In this document: in pieces, positions 61,917-64,000 of the stretch | Layout: every line of letters starts with the position of its first letter | Position numbering within the stretch: the stretch's first letter is position 1 | NCBI GenBank assembly: GCA_029953675.1 | Contig: JAMWBK010000004.1 | Coordinates: 3,100,001-3,164,000, forward strand | Direction of reading: 5' to 3' | DNA from: Rhodosorus marinus CCMP1338 | Lineage: Eukaryota; Plantae; Rhodophyta | DNA length: 64,000 bases | Position numbers and translations under genes: made by a program | Notes under the pieces: generated by a model | Told to the model about the DNA's origin: nothing | The model's input: only the letters and a program-made list of their open reading frames with translations | Database searches by the model: none

Positions 61917-62344
61917 TGTTCCAATTGTTGTGGTGGGGTGTGGCGCTTCTCAAATTAGATTTGACTGGAATTGCACATGGAATGCATCGTCCAGTAGTCC
62001 CGGATGGGCCTGGCCTCGCTGTTTGAACGAGAGTTGTTGCCGCGGAAGACTGGAATGAGAGTTCGTAGAAAAGCAGCCGCGGCCTGGGAGTCTTTTTATG
62101 CAGTTTCCAGACTGGCTGAAAAACGACAAGCAGTTCAAGGGCAGGGCCACCGCAGCCTGTTCAAGTTGAGATCTCGGCAATACTTGCAAGATGTCAAGCT
62201 CCACGATCCGAACGGAAGGAATTCTTCATGTTTGCTATGTAAAATATCCCCTTGACGGCCAAGCTGTCACCGCCCACCTCAAACGAGCCGGTTTGAGTCC
62301 ACGAATATTACCGCCTTGTGTAGCAACTTTGTGAGAGGAAAGCA

Positions 62345-63119
62345 TTACTCCCATTCCTCAAGCCTTTGCTTTTCAGCATCGTCGAGAATTTTCTTTGAAA
62401 AGGAGAACGGGATCAACGCTTCAAGCGTAGTTCGTCGTATTCGACCACTCGGCTGCATCATGTACACGTCCATGTTTCCAAACTCGGACAAAACTTGCCT
62501 GCACGCACCTGGGCGGAACATGAGGCCAGAGCTTTAGCCAGATGCTAAATTAAGGTTCATAGCTCTTGAAGCGCAACCGCAGACATGGTTAGATACTTGA
62601 GTCTCACCACATGGGTAAATGAATTCCTCTGAATGGTCAGAGGTAACGACGATGGCCTTGAAATTTCTCTCGCCATTGCTCGCAGCCTAGGGTTGACGAC
62701 GGATGGTATGGAAGATTAGCTGTTTCAAGTAAAGATGAAGAAATTGGTCTACGGCTTCATCCTTGCGTACTTTGAACAAAGCAGTACGCTCTGCGCATAT
62801 AGTCAAACCGTACGAAGAATTTTCGACGTTACATCCACCATATGTATCCCCGCTTGAGGCAAGGAGAGCCGCTCCAACCCGATAGTTTGAGTAAGGCGAG
62901 TACCTGAAAAGACACAACTTGTAGGTGAAAAACCGAGGCCTAAGATCGGATTTCGAAATACCGCGCGATCCCAAAGATTTGGAGGGACGTTGACACGCAT
63001 TTGATGCAACCGGAGAAGATGAGATCTTACGCTTTCAATTTCGCCTTGTCGGCAACTGCCATGAGTTGATCCAGCTCTTCCTCGTCTAACGACGGAGCAG
63101 TACTACTTTCTAGCTCCAT
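62345..63119 (-). CDS. CDA: Cytidine deaminase (homotetrameric type), four exons
   Basis: [50 protein letters not shown] and LIPFSF. The zinc motifs CAE and PCGACRQ are intact. Confidence 0.94.
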
Positions 63120-63752
63120 TCAGTTGCTTATTCGTTTTACTTCGCTACGCTTTCTCCACCTCGCGAGCAATCACCAAACCGGTAACCACGCAAGCCGATT
63201 TTCGGGCCTAAGCCGGTCCTGGAGCACAATATTGGGGTTTAAACTACTAAAATGCACATCATTTCGGGATTTCCGTTGCGAGCCTGTATTCCTGGGCTGG
63301 TTCGTACCCTTGCAATTAAGTTCGATTCCTCGCCGCCTCTGCTCGACCAATTCCTTGGGTTTTGTCTAGTTGTTTGCACTGTGTCACCATTGCTGCAACA
63401 TGTGCCGCTATCGGCGAAGTCAAGCCGTGAACACCCATGCCCATTGAGAGTTCGTCGAGAACCTCCTAAACAGAAGGTACCCTTAATTATCTGAATTCTA
63501 TTTCTACTCGGAACAAGTGGTAACATTGTCTGGGGTTCGCGGTGGCTGAACCAATGTCAATTTCGGGAGATCATGCAGGAGCCAACAGACTACTTCGAGA
63601 ACTATGACAAGAGGCCGCCACCAGGTGGCCATCCACCCGAGAACGTGGCAGGGATTCGCAATTGATGTGCTGTGGGCTCGCCACTACATAGCAGACGGCT
63701 TCCACTGGGCTGAGAAACAAATGCAATTGGAGCCAAGCATGCGGAGCACTGA

Positions 63753-64000
63753 AAACTCGCACATTACAAGGAGGCAATATCGATTGAGCACCCGGACGAT
63801 ACATGCACACCGATCGCGATCGAGACATTTAGACGGATAGGAGAGATCACACAAGAGTTTCTTCGGGTAGGATGCAGTCATATGATGACAAAGATCGAGG
63901 AGCTGAGCAACGTACGCGCTCAGATAAACGGGACGCTTTGGGAAAGGAACGAAGAGCTTGCATTAGCAGCTCTTCGTGTGGATCAGTGGGACCAGCCGCT
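63753..64000 (+). other. Open reading frame running off the window end (partial hypothetical gene)
   Basis: 82 stop-free codons (KLAHYKEAISIEHPDD...MMTKIEELSNVRAQINGTLWERNEEL...). No family recognised. Confidence 0.3.

Noticed and set aside
50058-63722. Exact 18-bp inverted match (50058-50075 vs 63705-63722), a possible TIR pair
   Set aside because: Does not extend on either side, brackets housekeeping genes, and a match of this length has a non-trivial chance (roughly 6%) in 64 kb.
1-64000. tRNA, rRNA, snRNA, CRISPR array, transposase/reverse-transcriptase ORFs
   Set aside because: None recognised by eye. Small structured RNAs cannot be excluded without an Infernal/tRNAscan search.

Overview
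Eukaryotic nuclear DNA, gene-dense (about 25 genes in 64 kb), with many short GT-AG introns (about 40-220 nt), so most entries in the six-frame ORF track are exon fragments or shadow ORFs. Gene models were assembled by eye from splice sites and recognisable protein motifs; internal exon boundaries are approximate. Compact introns, an 'MAF'-start plastid-type transit peptide on a bacterial-type ABC-F and a C2H2 zinc-finger expansion point to a unicellular red alga (inference, not verified). Recognisable genes, in order: OSR1/STE20-like kinase, CLPTM1, RRP45/EXOSC9, acylamino-acid-releasing enzyme, TMEM33, two divergent ABC-F ATPases, DMAC1-like, a CBM48 protein, CCDC137-like, NDUFA2, PSMG3, MMTAG2, ALG14, a CAX antiporter, WDR74 and cytidine deaminase. 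The most notable region is a cluster of three intronless paralogues (43.6-51.9 kb). Each fuses an unrecognised ~300-aa N-terminal domain, ending in a C-x2-C-x6-C-x-C cluster, to a four-finger C2H2 array with nearly invariant DNA-recognition helices. Other notable items: an array of RFx[V/I] docking motifs in the kinase tail, two ~160-bp tandem duplications, and G-quadruplex-type tracts upstream of both ABC-F genes. No rRNA, tRNA, CRISPR array or recognisable intact transposon was found.
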